The translations under genes were made by a program, and so were the position numbers. The notes beneath the pieces were generated by a model. It was not told where the DNA came from and made no database searches. It saw only the letters and a program-made list of their open reading frames with translations. 64,000 nucleotides of DNA from Heteronotia binoei (lineage: Eukaryota), in contig NC_083237.1 of assembly GCF_032191835.1 (NCBI RefSeq), forward strand, positions 23,808,001 through 23,872,000, written 5' to 3'. Position 1 is the first letter of the stretch, and every line of letters starts with the position of its first letter. Below are positions 48,488 to 61,609 of this stretch, one piece after another.

Positions 48488-50209
48488 ATCCCAATCCTTA
48501 GCATACATATCGCCACCGCCCCCCCCCCCCCCCCACATTAACCCATACAATCCACATCAGCAGAGGCAAAGCAGTAGCTGCAGTAGTTGAAAGGGAACCA
48601 TTCTAGCTGACTAACACAAGAGGCCAAGGCAGGAATTTTAAGAGTTTGCATGTATGTGAAAATGGCTGTTCATGTGGGATAGGGATTGGGGTGGACAATA
48701 TACATCAGGATAGTCTGGTTAAGAGATGGTTTAATACTTTACAAAGCACAAGAAGCCAGGTTCCTACCCTAATCTATAATTTGATGCAAGGGATCCAAGA
48801 ACATGGGGGAAAGAGACGGAGGAAAAGATAGCAGTTTGTTTCTGTTTCATATTCTTAGCCTGTTTCAGTACAGGCCAGGGATGAAGAAGTTACACTTTCA
48901 GCTTTTTTTCTTAAAACTGGAAGCTGAGTCAAAGGTTTTTGGGGAATTCTCTCATTTTCTCAGTTCTGTATGCGTCAGTAAATACAGGAGTGGGTTTGAA
49001 CATGTGTGACCCCAGGTTCAAATCTATGTCCAGTCACCATGGGAATTAACTTCAGGCAAATCACCCTCTGAGATCCCAAGGGAATTTCACTAGCTTGGTA
49101 TGAAATTAATTGGGACAATGATTTTTTTTTGTACACCATCTAAATATAGGGATAGGGTAAGGATGAAAACGAATAAAAATATAGCAAGAGCAAAACAATA
49201 TGCTAAGAAACCTTCTGAGGGTAGCAGTTCCTGATATCTTTGATAGGCTATGGGATTGTAGACAGGAGACTGAGCTTTGTGTTTATAAGATTAAAACCAG
49301 GAACAAAATTCTCTATCTCGTCCAAGAAACAGAGAAGTCCAGACTCCCACCCTACTCCCAAATTATCCTACTTTAACTGTCTCTCAAAGAACCCAGGTTC
49401 CAAGTCACATGCCCTCACCCAAGGCATATATATTCCAGCAACCTATCAGTAGATGCAACGCTACAAAAATATGTTCAGGAGTAACAGCTCGCAGTGCCAG
49501 TATTGTGTCCTACGGATTACAAAACAGAACAAGACAGAGCAAAACAGTACAAGGATGTACTAACAGATGACTAGGTAACTGTTACTGTTCTGGCACTGTT
49601 TAAATCATTTATTGAGGTAGCAATATAAAAACCCAGGGACGGGAAGAGGTCAGGACATCTGCAAACCTGTACCTGAGAGTCTCCTCTCCCTCAGAAGAAT
49701 CCAAAAGACCCAGCATCTGTCATGATCCTATTAACATTGTTTGCTCCGTTAAGGCCACCCCTGCTGGCACCTCCAGTTCATTATTCTAGAATAACTACTG
49801 CCACATGAGGGTTGAGATCATGATCGCTAATCTATTCACATTAACTACAATCACACATTAATAGGATATGGAGGAAATCATTCCTTTGCCCTCCCCCCGG
49901 GCTACATCAATGAAAGAAGTATGCAAAGGGAGTGTGTTTGTGTCAAATCTGAATTAAGTGGTTTTGAGCAGCAACGTCCCTCCCCCCGATAAAAAAAACC
50001 CCTTCTAATGCTGCCCCGTTCCTAAAGAACCCAGGAATCTTGGCCCCTGCATCCTTTCTACCTGCCTGTCCCACTTAGCGCCTCTCGTGTACTGTATAGT
50101 GCGTATGAGTATGACAGAAGGGAGATCTCCCTGTTGTCCCTTTGCTTTCCTGAGGCTGAGGAGACTCGCTCCCCGAATCCTTCTTCGCCCCCCACCTCCC
50201 GGTACTCAC

Positions 50210-50350
50210 AACTTCTTATAGGTGCCGACATCGTAGCGGAGGGAGTCGCTTCTCGTCAGAGGAAGGGGGCAGAGCCTCTCCCACCCCCCAGAGAAGCAAG
50301 CGGTCCGGGGGCGGGGGTGTTGACCTCTCGCTGCAGCCTGCGTCCCCGCC
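50210..50350 (-). other. Putative FIZ1 non-coding first exon
   Basis: CpG-rich; minus-strand donor GTGAGT at 50209-50204; the 5' end is a guess. Confidence 0.55.
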
Positions 50351-50834
50351 ACCCTCAAATCCAGCCCCTGTGGAAGTTAACAGGACACCCCACCCCCCTC
50401 TCTGCACCCATCTTTTCTGTGGGCAAAGAGGTAAAGAGGACTATGAACGGTCGCATCGTGGCCATCCTTATTGTGGGCAAGTGGTAAGGGACGGGGAAGC
50501 ATCGGAGAACCTCGCTGAGATGCCATTTTTAGTGTGGGCAGGGGGGATGGGGTGGGATGTTTGCTCAGACTGCGATAAAAGGTTAGCCTTTCGATCCACG
50601 GAAATTCATAGCAGCAGTAAATCTTCGATTCTCAACGTTTTTAAGCCGGGAAGCGTTTCGTGCATAAAGGGGGGGGGGGGCGGAAATCGAGGTGCCATCT
50701 TTACTACTGGCAAAGGGAGGCGGGACGAGAGCCCCCCTCCGTGCTCTGGGCAAAGAACTGAGGGAAGGCACCATCTTTACTGCTGCTGGGACAGCCACAT
50801 GCCCCTCCCCCGCCATGTTTGAAACGGGTAAAGG

Positions 50835-51670
50835 CAGGGCTGTAGCCAGAATTTGGAAGGTGGGGGTGGCATTTACATTTTTAAGGGCACTGCTGCCCAG
50901 TGCCCCAAACGACCTTCCCTCTAGTGGCACTCTCCCTGCCTGCCTGCCTCTCTCTTGCCACCGCCCTCCCCTCCCCCCCCAACCAACTTGCCCCCAGCCC
51001 CCCCCTCCCACAGTTAAGGGCCTGTGGATCAGCTGTTTTGCGGGCCCTTTAACATGCACAGGGGCTGGGGACTGCTTCTGCTACTGGCCCACGTGCTGTT
51101 TTAGTGGCAGGGAAGGGAGGGCAGCGGTGAGCTCACCACTACCCTCTCTTCCCCACCAGTAAAATAAGGCATGGGCCAGCAGCAGAAGCAGCCCTCCCCT
51201 ACTGGAGTTAAGGGCCCGTGAAACAGCTGATCCACAGGCAGTGCTCTCTTCCCAGCAGTAAAATAACGCTTGGGCCAGTGGAAGAAGCAGCCCCCAGCAC
51301 TGAAGAGCCCGCTGATCAGCTGTTTCGCGGGCCCTTAACTTGGGTGGGGCAGGGGGCTGCTTCTGCCACTGGCCTGCACATTATTTTATTGGTGGGGAAG
51401 AGAGGGAGCTGCCACAGCCCTCCCTTTCCTGCCACTAAAACGTGGGCCAGCAGCAGAAGGGCCCCCCAGCCCCCTCAAGTTAAAGGGCCCGTGAAACAGC
51501 TGATGGGCGGGCCCTTTAACTCAGGCCAGAGGCTGGGACTGCTTATGCCCCCCCCCACCTCAGAAGCGGCCTCTCCGCTGCCCTGGAGCCATGGCAGAGG
51601 CCCCAGAGTCAGAGGGCCTCTTACAGAAGTTGGGGGGCTGTGCCCCCACAGGCCCCCTCATAGTGGCCTG
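50835..51670. mobile_element. Non-autonomous hAT element with internal inverted motif array
   Basis: CAGGGCTGTAGC / TAGTGGCCTG ends; perfect TSD GGTAAAGG at 50827-50834 and 51671-51678. Confidence 0.85.
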
Positions 51671-53802
51671 GGTAAAGGAGGTTGACTGCTTCTAGGGTTC
51701 AAGGTGGCGCCAAATTTTTGTTTCGCCACCGGTAAGTCAAGAGAATGAAATGAAGAAATAAATGCCACTGGTAGTGTGATCAGAACAGTGTCATATTTAC
51801 TTTGGACAAAAAGCTGAAGTTGCCAACTTCCAGGTAACACCTGGAGATTTCCAAGAGAAAAGATCTGTTTCCAAGACAAATTTCCCAGTTTCCAAAATTT
51901 CCAAGACAGCCAAGATCAGTTCCCCCGGAGGAAACTGCTGCTTTGGAGAATGGCATCTGTGGCATTATATCCTTCTGAGGTCTCTCCCCAGGCTCCACTT
52001 CCAAAGTCTCCAGCATTTCCTAACCCAGAGCTGACAAATCTAGCTGAGGGAAAGCAGGCATATGGAGGAAAGCTTCAGTTTTTCATTACAAAAAGTAGAA
52101 AAGACAAAACAGCAACGTTTCTCCTCAGCCCATAGCTCTGAGGTGTTTTTAATCCATGTGAATCCAGGTCAGTGCTGGGAGTGGCTGTTTTTTTATTTGC
52201 TGGGGCATCAAGGCAGACATTCAACAGGTGATGCTCATCTTGTCGCAAATTGGGGACAAGCATGTTGTGAGAATAAAAGACAGGAGTGCCCAGTGCCCAA
52301 TGCAATAAGGAGGGTGTAATTTCAGTTACTGCCCTGCAGTTTCCACTGCTTCTAAACCAGTCTCAGATGTCCTTCTGAAACAGCCTTTCAACACCAATCA
52401 GCAATATCATAGCCATACATTACTAAGGCATACAATTACATTACAATAGCCATACAAAACTACATTACTGTTTTATGTATATAACAAATGTTTAGATTTT
52501 TAACTATAAATTATGTAATGTTAATTTTAATGCTTAATTTTATATTTCATGTTAGTTTTACATGTTGTAAGCCGCCCTGAGCCACCTAGTGGGAAGGGCG
52601 GGATATAAATCTCAGATAAATAAAAAAATAAATAAAAAGGTATTGGGATAATGGGCTGCACAGTTAATTAAGTTAATGATAATTAGAGGACATGTTTTAT
52701 GTTCTTGTCATTATTACGGTATTATGGAAAGTTCTATGCTGAATCAGAGAATCTGCTGGAGGCAATTTATCAAATAAAGCATAAAAAGTACACGTAGGCG
52801 TTTTTCACTCCGAGACAGGCTTATGTGGTTGTGCAGTGGCAATAGAGCTTCCACACAGCCCATCTGGTAGTTGTTGTTTTTTTAAGTGATTTCTTAGCAT
52901 TTCATTAGTTAAACTAATGCAAGTCATTTCATAGAAAAAAGAGGTGCTAGAGCTCATTGGCACAACTACTTTACATATGTCACACACCCCTGACATCACC
53001 GGAAGGTGTACTAAGTTATATCAGCTCAGCATCTACCTTCAGATGCTTCTTGAATTATAATTGTCATTAAAAAAAACAAAACCCTTACTTCCATCATATT
53101 TTTTAAATTACTTTTTCCTACGTGGCCAGTGGCATGAGGAAGATTTCCATCTGTCATTGTTTTGGTTATTTTTCCTTTTTTGTGTGTGGGGGAAAGTATG
53201 AGAAAGCTTGTCAAATCTTAAGAGTTCAGCAAAATTCTCACAGGGGGTTTGAACAATGGAGCTCAGAAGCAAATACTTTTGTGGGAGGGGGGATAAGAAA
53301 GAAAGACCATAATAAAATTTAGAGGTTCCAGATCTCCACTCCTGCCCAAAATGAGGCCCGCACTAATATAGATTTCTCGAAGATCCCAGTTTTAAAACAA
53401 AAACAAGTCTTTAGCCCATTTTGTTGCAGAAATATCCTTTTTATACCATATAGGTCCTGAAAGGGAAGATGCTAGAGACTTACTTTTTAAAAATTGAAGG
53501 TGAAAATACAGAGAACCTGATGCATATTTTGGTATAACATTACAGTGATATCCTATTTAATTGATGTTTTACAAAAGAAAGAAAAGTAGGGAGAGGAAAT
53601 GGCCAAAGTATTGGTCAGTCTAGAAAATCCGTTTCCACTCACAGGAAAGTGACCCAGGTTGTGCTATTTCAGAAAACTTGGGAGTAAAGCAGGGGAAGTG
53701 TACAAATGCACCATGACGCTATGGGGAAACATTGGGAGAGCAGGGAATACTTCCCAACAGCATCAAACTTGGGGCAAATAACCCTTGCAGAAACACCTGT
53801 AA

Positions 53803-54005
53803 AAACAGGTTTCTTACCTGTAACTGATGATCTTCGAGTGGTCATCTGTGCAGTCACACTTATGGGATATAGGCGCCGGCGCCAATCACGATCGGTAAAC
53901 TTGAAAGCTGCGGATTTCCGCGCCCAGGACCCAGTGCACATGCGCAGAAGCCCCACTGCGCAGGCCCACCGAGACTGGAGCGGACATCCCACCAGTTCCT
54001 TCTGA
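53803..54005 (-). repeat. DIRS 3' ITR with terminal extension
   Basis: 53855-~54005 is the inverted copy of ~61610-61775. Confidence 0.9.
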
Positions 54006-54057
54006 ACGCTGCATGATCCAAAGGATGGACCGGCAGTAGAGGGGAAGGAGGGCGGGT

Positions 54058-54152
54058 AGTGTGACTGCACAGATGACCACTCAAAGATCATCAGTTACAG
54101 GTAAGAAACTTGTTTATCTTCTTCATGGTCTCTGTGCATCACACTTATGGGA
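54058..54152 (-). repeat. DIRS internal complementary region (ICR)
   Basis: 54058-54115 is complementary to 53803-53860; 54116-54152 is complementary to ~61760-61797. Confidence 0.9.
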
Positions 54153-54198
54153 GATTAGCAAACCCAAAATCCTACCTGGAGGAGGGTGAGACGGTCCA

Positions 54199-55233
54199 TC
54201 AGCAGGTTAGAGATTGAAGAACAGCACGGCCCACCACAGAGCTCTGGTGCAGACGTAAGTCCAGTGCATAGTGCTTTATAAAGGTATGTGGAGAAGACCA
54301 GGGAGCTGCCTTGCAGATATCTTGAAGTGGAACACCCTTCATGAACGCAGCAGAGGTGGCCATAGCTCGGGTAGAGTGAGCTCACAAAGGCCCTGGAAGG
54401 GGTTTCTTGCTCAGAAGATAACACAGTCTTATAGCCTCAGTTATCCATTTGGAAAGTCTCTGAGAAGAGGTATGTTGACCCATCAAAGTAGAAGCATAGT
54501 AAATAAAAAGTCTAGAATCCTTCCGAAAGGGTTTTACACGCTGGAGGTAAAAGGAGAGTGCTCGCTTAACGTCCAAAGCATGCAGTCTCCGATCAGATTC
54601 CAAAGTTGGACTCGGGAAAAACACAGGCAGAAAAATGTCAGTGTTCAAATGAAAAGAAGAAATCACCTTAGGGAGAAAGATGATGTCAGGATGAAGCAAT
54701 ACTCCCTCGCTCATGAAGCGCAGGTATGGAGCATCACATCGTAGCGCAGCCAACTCACCCACTCTACTAGCAGACGTTATAGCTACTAAGAAAGCTGTTT
54801 TCCATGATAACAACTGAAGTGAGCACGTGGCCATGGGTTCGAAGGGCTTTCCCGAGAGCGCATGGAGAAACAGAAGATGATCCCAGGCCGGGGTAGGCAG
54901 TCTTGTGGAAGGATACAATCTGGAAAGGCCCTTGAGAAATTTCTTTGTATCTGAATGGGTGAAGATTCAACGACCATCCACTTGAGAATGGTTGGCAGAA
55001 ATGGCGGCCAGGTACACTCGTAAAGATGAAAGTGACAACCTTTTGTCCAGATGGGAAAGCAAAAAATCAAAAATAACAGGTAAACCCGCTGTCAGCGGAT
55101 CTAGAGAACAAGATGAAGCGAACTGCACAAACTTCAACCGTTTAGAAGCGTACGATTTGCGAGTGGACGGCTTCCTGCTGTTTAAAATTTTATGTTGTGC
55201 TATATCAGACAGAGAATTCACTGCAGACGCCAT
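54199..55233 (-). pseudogene. DIRS tyrosine recombinase (disrupted)
   Basis: SRKPSTRKSY, ITSARRVGEL, AHSTRAMA (preceded by an in-frame TGA), W, and TFIKHYALD; contains premature stops. Confidence 0.92.
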
Positions 55234-55679
55234 GCTGTTAGTTTCAGATGGGGTACATCATGATGCACCACCCGACCCTGGTGGGTGAGGAGATTTGAGA
55301 CCGGAGGAAATTGATGGAAGATCCCCTTGGACAGGTGAAGGATCGGGGAGAACCAGTGCTGCCTGGGCCACCACGGAGTAATGAGAATTACTGTCGGCCG
55401 CTCCCTCGATATCTTCTGCACAACGCTGGTAATCAAGGGAATGGGAGGAAACATGTACACATGACGTCGATGCCATGGAAAGAGAAGGCCGTCGCCCATG
55501 GACGATGGGTCCGCCCCTCCCCTGCAGCAGAAGATCTTGCATTTCTTGTTGCTGCATGTGGCAAAAACGTCTATCTCCGGGAACCCCCCGTTTAGGAAGA
55601 TGGGCTGGAGGAACTCCCAGTTCAGTTCCCACTCATGGAGGGAGGCTTCCCCCCCCCCCCCGACTGAGGAAATCTGCAC
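55218..55679 (-). pseudogene. DIRS DNA adenine methyltransferase-like (MT) domain
   Basis: PEIDVFAT..N, VYMFPPIPLI, LITPWWPRQHWF motifs. Confidence 0.85.
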
Positions 55680-55834
55680 AAGTGTTCTGCTCCCCGGGCA
55701 AATGTGCTGCTATCAACGATGCACCCATTGTTCTGCAGGTCTCCCATATTCTCAGAGCCAGTAGACATAGTTTGCGCGAGACTGTGCTGCCTTGCCTGTT
55801 TATGTAAGACATTGCAGTCGTGTTGTCTATCATA

Positions 55835-57795
55835 GTTAGGAAAGGCACAAACAGGCATAAGAAAAGGCCTGCATGGTTAACAAACAAAGTAATGGAAGCT
55901 GTAAAAGGTAAGAAGGACTCCTTTAAGCGGTGGAAAACCAGTCCAAGTGAGATTAGTAAAAGGGAACACAGGCTGTGGCAAATCAAATGCAAGACTGTGA
56001 TCAGGCAGGCAAAAAGGGACTATGAGGAGCATATTGCAAAAAACATAAAGACCAACAATAAAAATTTCTTCAAATATATTAGAAGTAGGAAACCAGCCAG
56101 GGAGGAAGTGGGGCCCTTGGATGACCATGGGGTAAAAGGATTACTGAAGGAGGATAGGGAAATGGCTGAGAAGCTAAATGAATTTTTTGCCTCCGTCTTC
56201 ACTGTGGAAGACGAGAACTTTTTGCCCGCCCCAGAACCACTAATTTTGGAAGGGGTGTTGAAAGACCTGAGTCAGATTGAGGTGACAAAAGAGGAGGTCC
56301 TACAACTGATAGACAAATTAAAAACTAATAAGTCACCGGGTCCGGATGGCATACATTCGAGAGTTCTGAAAGAACTCAAAGTTGAACTTGTGAATCTTCT
56401 AACAAAAATCTGTAATCTTTCATTGAAATCTGCCTCCGTTCCTGAGGACTGGAAGGTAGCAAATGTCACCCCCATCTTTAAAAAGGGTTCCAGAGGAGAT
56501 CCGGGAAATTACAGGCCAGTCAGTCTGACTTCAATACCGGGAAAGTTGGTAGAAACCATTATCAAGGACAGAATGAGTAGGCACATTGATGAACACGGGT
56601 TATTGAGGAAGACTCAGCATGGGTTCTGCAAGGGAAGATCTTGCCTCACTAACCTGTTACATTTCTTTGAGGGGGTGAACAAACATGTGGACAAAGGCGA
56701 CCCGATAGATGTTGTTTACCTTGACTTCCAGAAAGCTTTTGATAAAGTTCCTCATCAAAGGCTCCTTAGAAAACTTGAGAGTCATGGAGTAAAAGGACAG
56801 GTCCTCTTGTGGATCAAAAACTGGCTGAGTAATAGGAAGCAGAGAGTCAGTATAAATGGGCAGTCTTCGCAGTGGAGGACGGTAAGCAGTGCGGTGCCGC
56901 AGGGCTCGGTACTGGGTCCCATGCTCTTTAACTTGTTCATAAATGATTTAGAGTTGGGAGTGAGCAGTGAAGTGGCCAAGTTTGCGGATGACACTAAATT
57001 GTTCAGGGTGGTGAGAACCAGAGAGGATTGTGAGGAACTCCAAAGGGATCTGTTGAGGCTGGGTGAGTGGGCGTCAACGTGGCAGATGCGGTTCAGTGTG
57101 GCCAAGTGCAAAGTAATGCACATTGGGGCCAAGAATCCCAGCTACAAATACAAGTTGATGGGGTGTGAACTGGCAGAGACTGACCAAGAGAGAGATCTTG
57201 GGGTCCTGGTAGATAACTCACTGAAAATGTCAAGACAGTGTGCGTTTGCAATAAAAAAGGCCAACGCCATGCTGGGAATTATTAGGAAGGGAATTGAAAA
57301 CAAATCAGCCAGTATCATAATGCTCCTGTATAAATCGATGGTGCGGTCTCATTTGGAGTACTGTGTGCAGTTCTGGTCGCCGCACCTCAAAAAGGATATT
57401 ATAGCATTGGAGAAAGTCCAGAGAAGGGCAACTAGAATGATTAAAGGGCTGGAGCACTTTCCCTATGAAGAAAGGTTGAAACGCTTGGGACTCTTTAGCT
57501 TGGAGAAACGTCGACTGCGGGGTGACATGATAGAGGTTTACAAGATAATGCATGGGATGGAGAAAGTAGAGAAAGAAGTACTTTTCTCCCTTTCTCACAA
57601 TACAAGAACTCGTGGGCATTCGATGAAATTGCTGAGCAGAAAGGTTTAAACGGATAAGAGGAAGTACTTCTTCACCCAAAGGGTGATTAACATGTGGAAT
57701 TCACTGCCACAGGAGGTGGTGGCGGCCACAAGTATAGCCACCTTCAAGAGGGGTTTAGATAAAAATATGGAGCACAGGTCCATCAGTGGCTATTA
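55835..57795 (+). pseudogene. CR1 ORF2 C-terminal portion (RT), one frameshift near 57640
   Basis: About 600-codon open frame; the natural tail TDKRKYFFTQRVINMWNSLP...SGY* continues in another frame. Confidence 0.9.
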
Positions 57796-57908
57796 GCCAC
57801 AGTGTATGTGTGTATATAAAATTTTTTGCCACTGTGTGACACAGAGTGTTGGACTTGATGGGCCGTTGGCCTGATCCAACATGGCTTCTCTTATGTTCTT
57901 ATGTTCTT
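55835..57908 (+). mobile_element. 5'-truncated CR1 LINE inserted in the DIRS RNase H domain
   Basis: RT motifs GPDG, GNYRPVSL, DFQKAFDKV, PQGSVLGP, FADD; 3' tail (TTATGTTC)n; ATA microduplication at 55832-55834 and 57909-57911. Confidence 0.97.
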
Positions 57909-57911
57909 ATA

Positions 57912-59100
57912 ATGGCTATAGTTTTGTTCCTGAGAAGATGTTGGAAAGATTGAATTGCATGGAAGATGGCCAACAGTTCCAAAAAGTTTATATGGTGATG
58001 TGAGTGATGCTCGGGCCATTTGTCTCTGACGCAGAGGCCATTCATGTGTGCTCCCCAGCCCCAAAGGGACGTGTCCGATGTTATCGTGACTGATGGAGAC
58101 GGTCTGTGAAACGGCGCTCCCTCCAAAAGATGATGTCGTTGAAGCCACCAGGTGAGGGAAGATAGCACTCCCTGAGGGATGGTCAGCAGCCTCGAGGGAG
58201 GGTCGATGTTGCAATTGAAGTGGCTGAGGAACCACAGCTGTAAGATCCTCATGTGAAGTCTGGCAAAGACAAGGACTGAAGTGGTGGCAGCCATAAGGCC
58301 AAGGAGACGCTGGATCTGATGAGCTCTTACAGTGGGATTGCATAGACAGATCTGAACAAGGGATATAATGTCCTCTGCCCTGCCTGGAGGAAGGAAAGTT
58401 TTGCAGGCCAGAGTGTCGATTATGGCACCAATGAATTGAACCCTTTGAGAGGGTAGAAGATGAGATTTCTTCTGGTTGACTCGCAACCCCAGCTGCTGAA
58501 GATGGGAGAGAGTGATGGTGATGTGGTGCAGAAGGCGAGGTTTGGAATCTGCCACGAGTAGCCAGTCGTCTCTGTACGGGAATAGCGTAACGCCTTGAAG
58601 TCTCAGATGTGCTGCTATGACCACCATAGTTTTTGTAAAAACTCTGGGGGCTGTGGAAAGTCCAAAGGGTAGAGACCGGTATTGGTAGCGGGCTGTTCCG
58701 ATAGTGAATCTGAGGTATTTTTTGTGAGATGGGTGACTACTGATGTGGAAGTAAGCGTCTTGCAAATCCAGAGTCGCCATCCAGTCCCCTGGATTGAGAA
58801 GAGGCAAGATGTTGGGTAGAGGTCATCCTGAATTTCTGATATGTGATGAACAGGTTTAGGGCTCGAAGGTCCATGATGGGTCACAGACCCCCATCCCTTT
58901 TCGGGACTGTGAAATATCTTGAGTAGAAACCTAGGCCGACCTGACTTGGTGGAACGTGTTCTATGGTCTGTTTGAGAAGAAGTGATTGGACTTCCTCTCA
59001 TAGTGTGTCTGATGGACTGGTGGAGACGAAGGTCGGAGTTGGAGGGTTCTGATGGAATTCGATCACATAACCCAGCCAGATTATGGAGAGGACCCATTGA
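57912..59100 (-). pseudogene. DIRS reverse transcriptase / RNase H (disrupted)
   Basis: LDLQDAYFH, LPFGLSTAPRVFTK, YRDDWLL, TSDTSLWGWGAH, HINFLELLAI; the RNase H resumes at 55831 (DNTTAMSYINRQG...ADFLSR). Confidence 0.93.
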
Positions 59101-59553
59101 TCTGAGGTTATCTTGGACCATGCCTGGTAGAAGGGGAAGAGACGGGTAAGATCTGAAGAAGACTGGTGGAGAGGGACAGAAGAAAAAAGGCAATCAAAAA
59201 AGGCAATCCCTGTTTGGGCTGTCTAGGGCCCTTCTTATGAGAAGATTGAGTAGATGTAGGAGAGTATTTAGGCTTGTTGCTATATGGCAGCTTGGAGAAG
59301 GATGTTGTAGCCTTCGGCCACCAAGGCTGATCCATAGGTGGCTTGGAATAAGGCTTCTTGCTCCATGTTTTGGACCATGGGCGTTTGCTTTGTGGACGAG
59401 AGGAGGAAGGAACTCCCAGATTCCTGGGGGTTCAGATACTTTTATCCATTTCCTGTAAGACCGAGTCTGTGTTGGAACTGAAGAGGCTGTTGCCATCAAA
59501 GGGTAGGTCTTCTATATATGTTGTGTGTCTGGTTGCAAAGCTGTGGAATGCAA

Positions 59554-61348
59554 TCAAGAATGCCTTCTGAGGGTGACAGCAGTAGTGAGGGTCTTGGCAG
59601 AGATGTCGCCAGAGAGTTTGGCCGAGCTGAGTTGCTGCTTGGCTAAAGACATCCCTTCCTTCTGCAACTTCTTAATGGTGTTCCTGGCTTGTTCAGGAAG
59701 ACTAGGCAGGACATTGGAAAGTTGTTCCCAGAGGGCATATTGATAACGGCCCATACATGCAGAGTAATTGGCAGTTTTAACGCCTAAGGAGCCAGCAGTG
59801 TACAGACGTCTTCCTAGACCGTTGAGCTTCTTCCCTTCCTTATCTGGTGGTGTTGAATGTGTCTTTTTAGCCTTAGATGATGAGGCCACCACCACCGAGT
59901 TAGGTTTTGGGTGCGTGAAAAGGAAGTCTGCGCTGGACTCTTGAACTCTGTACATGTGATCGAGCCTACGGGATGACATGGGAGTAGAAGCTGGTTTTTC
60001 CCATGACGACTTGGTAGTGTGCAGCATGACCGAAGTGAGCGGTAAGGCTATTGCAGTAGATGCATCCATCTGGATTATATAAAAAACCATATCGGTGATT
60101 ACTGGTTGCGGCTGGACGGTAGGAAGTGGCAGAGATTGAGCCATTTGCTTAATCAGGTCTCCGTATGACTTTAAGTCTTCCGAGGGTGAGATGGGTTGTT
60201 CCTCAGAAATCTTTTGAGATGGGGATCGTTCTTCAGGAAAAGATGACTCCTGCTCTTCCGGTACCGACCCTTCGACCGATCCAGGCGAGACCTCAGGGGA
60301 CTCTGAACGTTCCGACAGGTGCGGTGTTGGTGAGGGAGCAGGTTCCTCAGGTGGAATTCTCACTGGTTCCGAAGGTGCTTGGTGTTGAGGAGGTTTGGTG
60401 TCGAGCGGTTTGGAAAGAGACCTCGAAGGAGGTCATCTGGGCATCCTGTAAGATGTTCGGGATCGGACGGAAGCTTCGAAGTACTGGTCCCACTCCATTT
60501 GACGCGGAGGAAACCAAGGGAAGGATGGTTGCATCGGGTATGCCCAGTAAAGGTATTGCCACTGGCGCTGATCCCAGGGAATCCGAGGTGGTAAGCGGCG
60601 CGATGGAGAGCCTTCAACCGTCCTGAATCCCGGTGAGCGGCTTCGAGGAGATTGATCCCTGTGTGAATCCTGTTGTCGGCTTCGATGAGGGCTTCGGGAT
60701 CGAGGCGTCTCAGCTACTGCACTAGTCCAAGGAGGGCTACCTTCGGTACTGGAGCGCTGTGCCGGGTCGATGTCGCAATCGGAGTCAGATGAGCCCGCAA
60801 ATTAAGTCTACACCAGGATCGGAGGGCTTAGCCGACGGCGCGGGGAAGCAAAGAGCTTCAGAGGAGGGACGATCGGCGCCGTTGGGTCCAATGGATATGT
60901 TGAAGAAACTGGAGAAACAGGCTTGCTGTGCTTCTGCTTCTGAGTTTTCTTCGCCTTCTTCTTCTCCGAGTGTGACCCTCTATCCTCCTTATGCCTTTTT
61001 GCAGGCGTGGAGGACTCCGACCTGGAAGCCGAGCTCGCTCACTTACTGTGGCGATAGGCATCGGAGAGGGAACGATCAGTATCGACCGTCTTAGAAGGCA
61101 CTGATGCAACGGAAGCACTCGACTTATCGGTCCGATCTGACGGTGTCGATGACAATGTCTGCTCCATTAGGGCCGCTGCAAGATGGGCTGCTCTATTCTT
61201 CCTGGTTTGCTTGGAGCATTTAGCACAGTGCACACACGATTCAGCTCTGTGTAGTTCCCCAAGACAGAGGAGACAGCGAATGGCCGTCTGGTGGGGCGAT
61301 CTTACTCCCGCACTTCAAACACCTTTTAAAAAAGCCCCGTCTTTCCAT
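59554..61348 (-). pseudogene. DIRS gag-like ORF1 (frameshifted)
   Basis: N-terminal FKRC..C..KI...DGH..C..CLG..H...C..C..KQTRKNRAA; C-terminal HPKPNSVVV...DKEGKKL..LGRRLY domain. Confidence 0.85.
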
Positions 61349-61609
61349 ATGACTCGAATGGGGAAAGGTGGAAGAGGGGGAGAAAAAAGGAAACAAGAGG
61401 GGGGGGGGGCGAAGAAAAGCAGGAAAGCGCCTTCTTGCCCATGCTCCCCAAAAACACTATATTCTAACTACTACTATACAACTATCTATAACCGTAAAAC
61501 TATCTAACTATACAACTAATCTAACTACTAATCTCTATATAATAACAAGAATAACAATCACTTTTGAAAGAAGCAAGTTCACTGACTGGAGCAAAGAATG
61601 ATCGACTGA

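Noticed and set aside
50134-51685. 117-158 aa ORFs around the FIZ1 promoter
   Set aside because: GC-rich promoter and hAT internal repeats; no coding signature.
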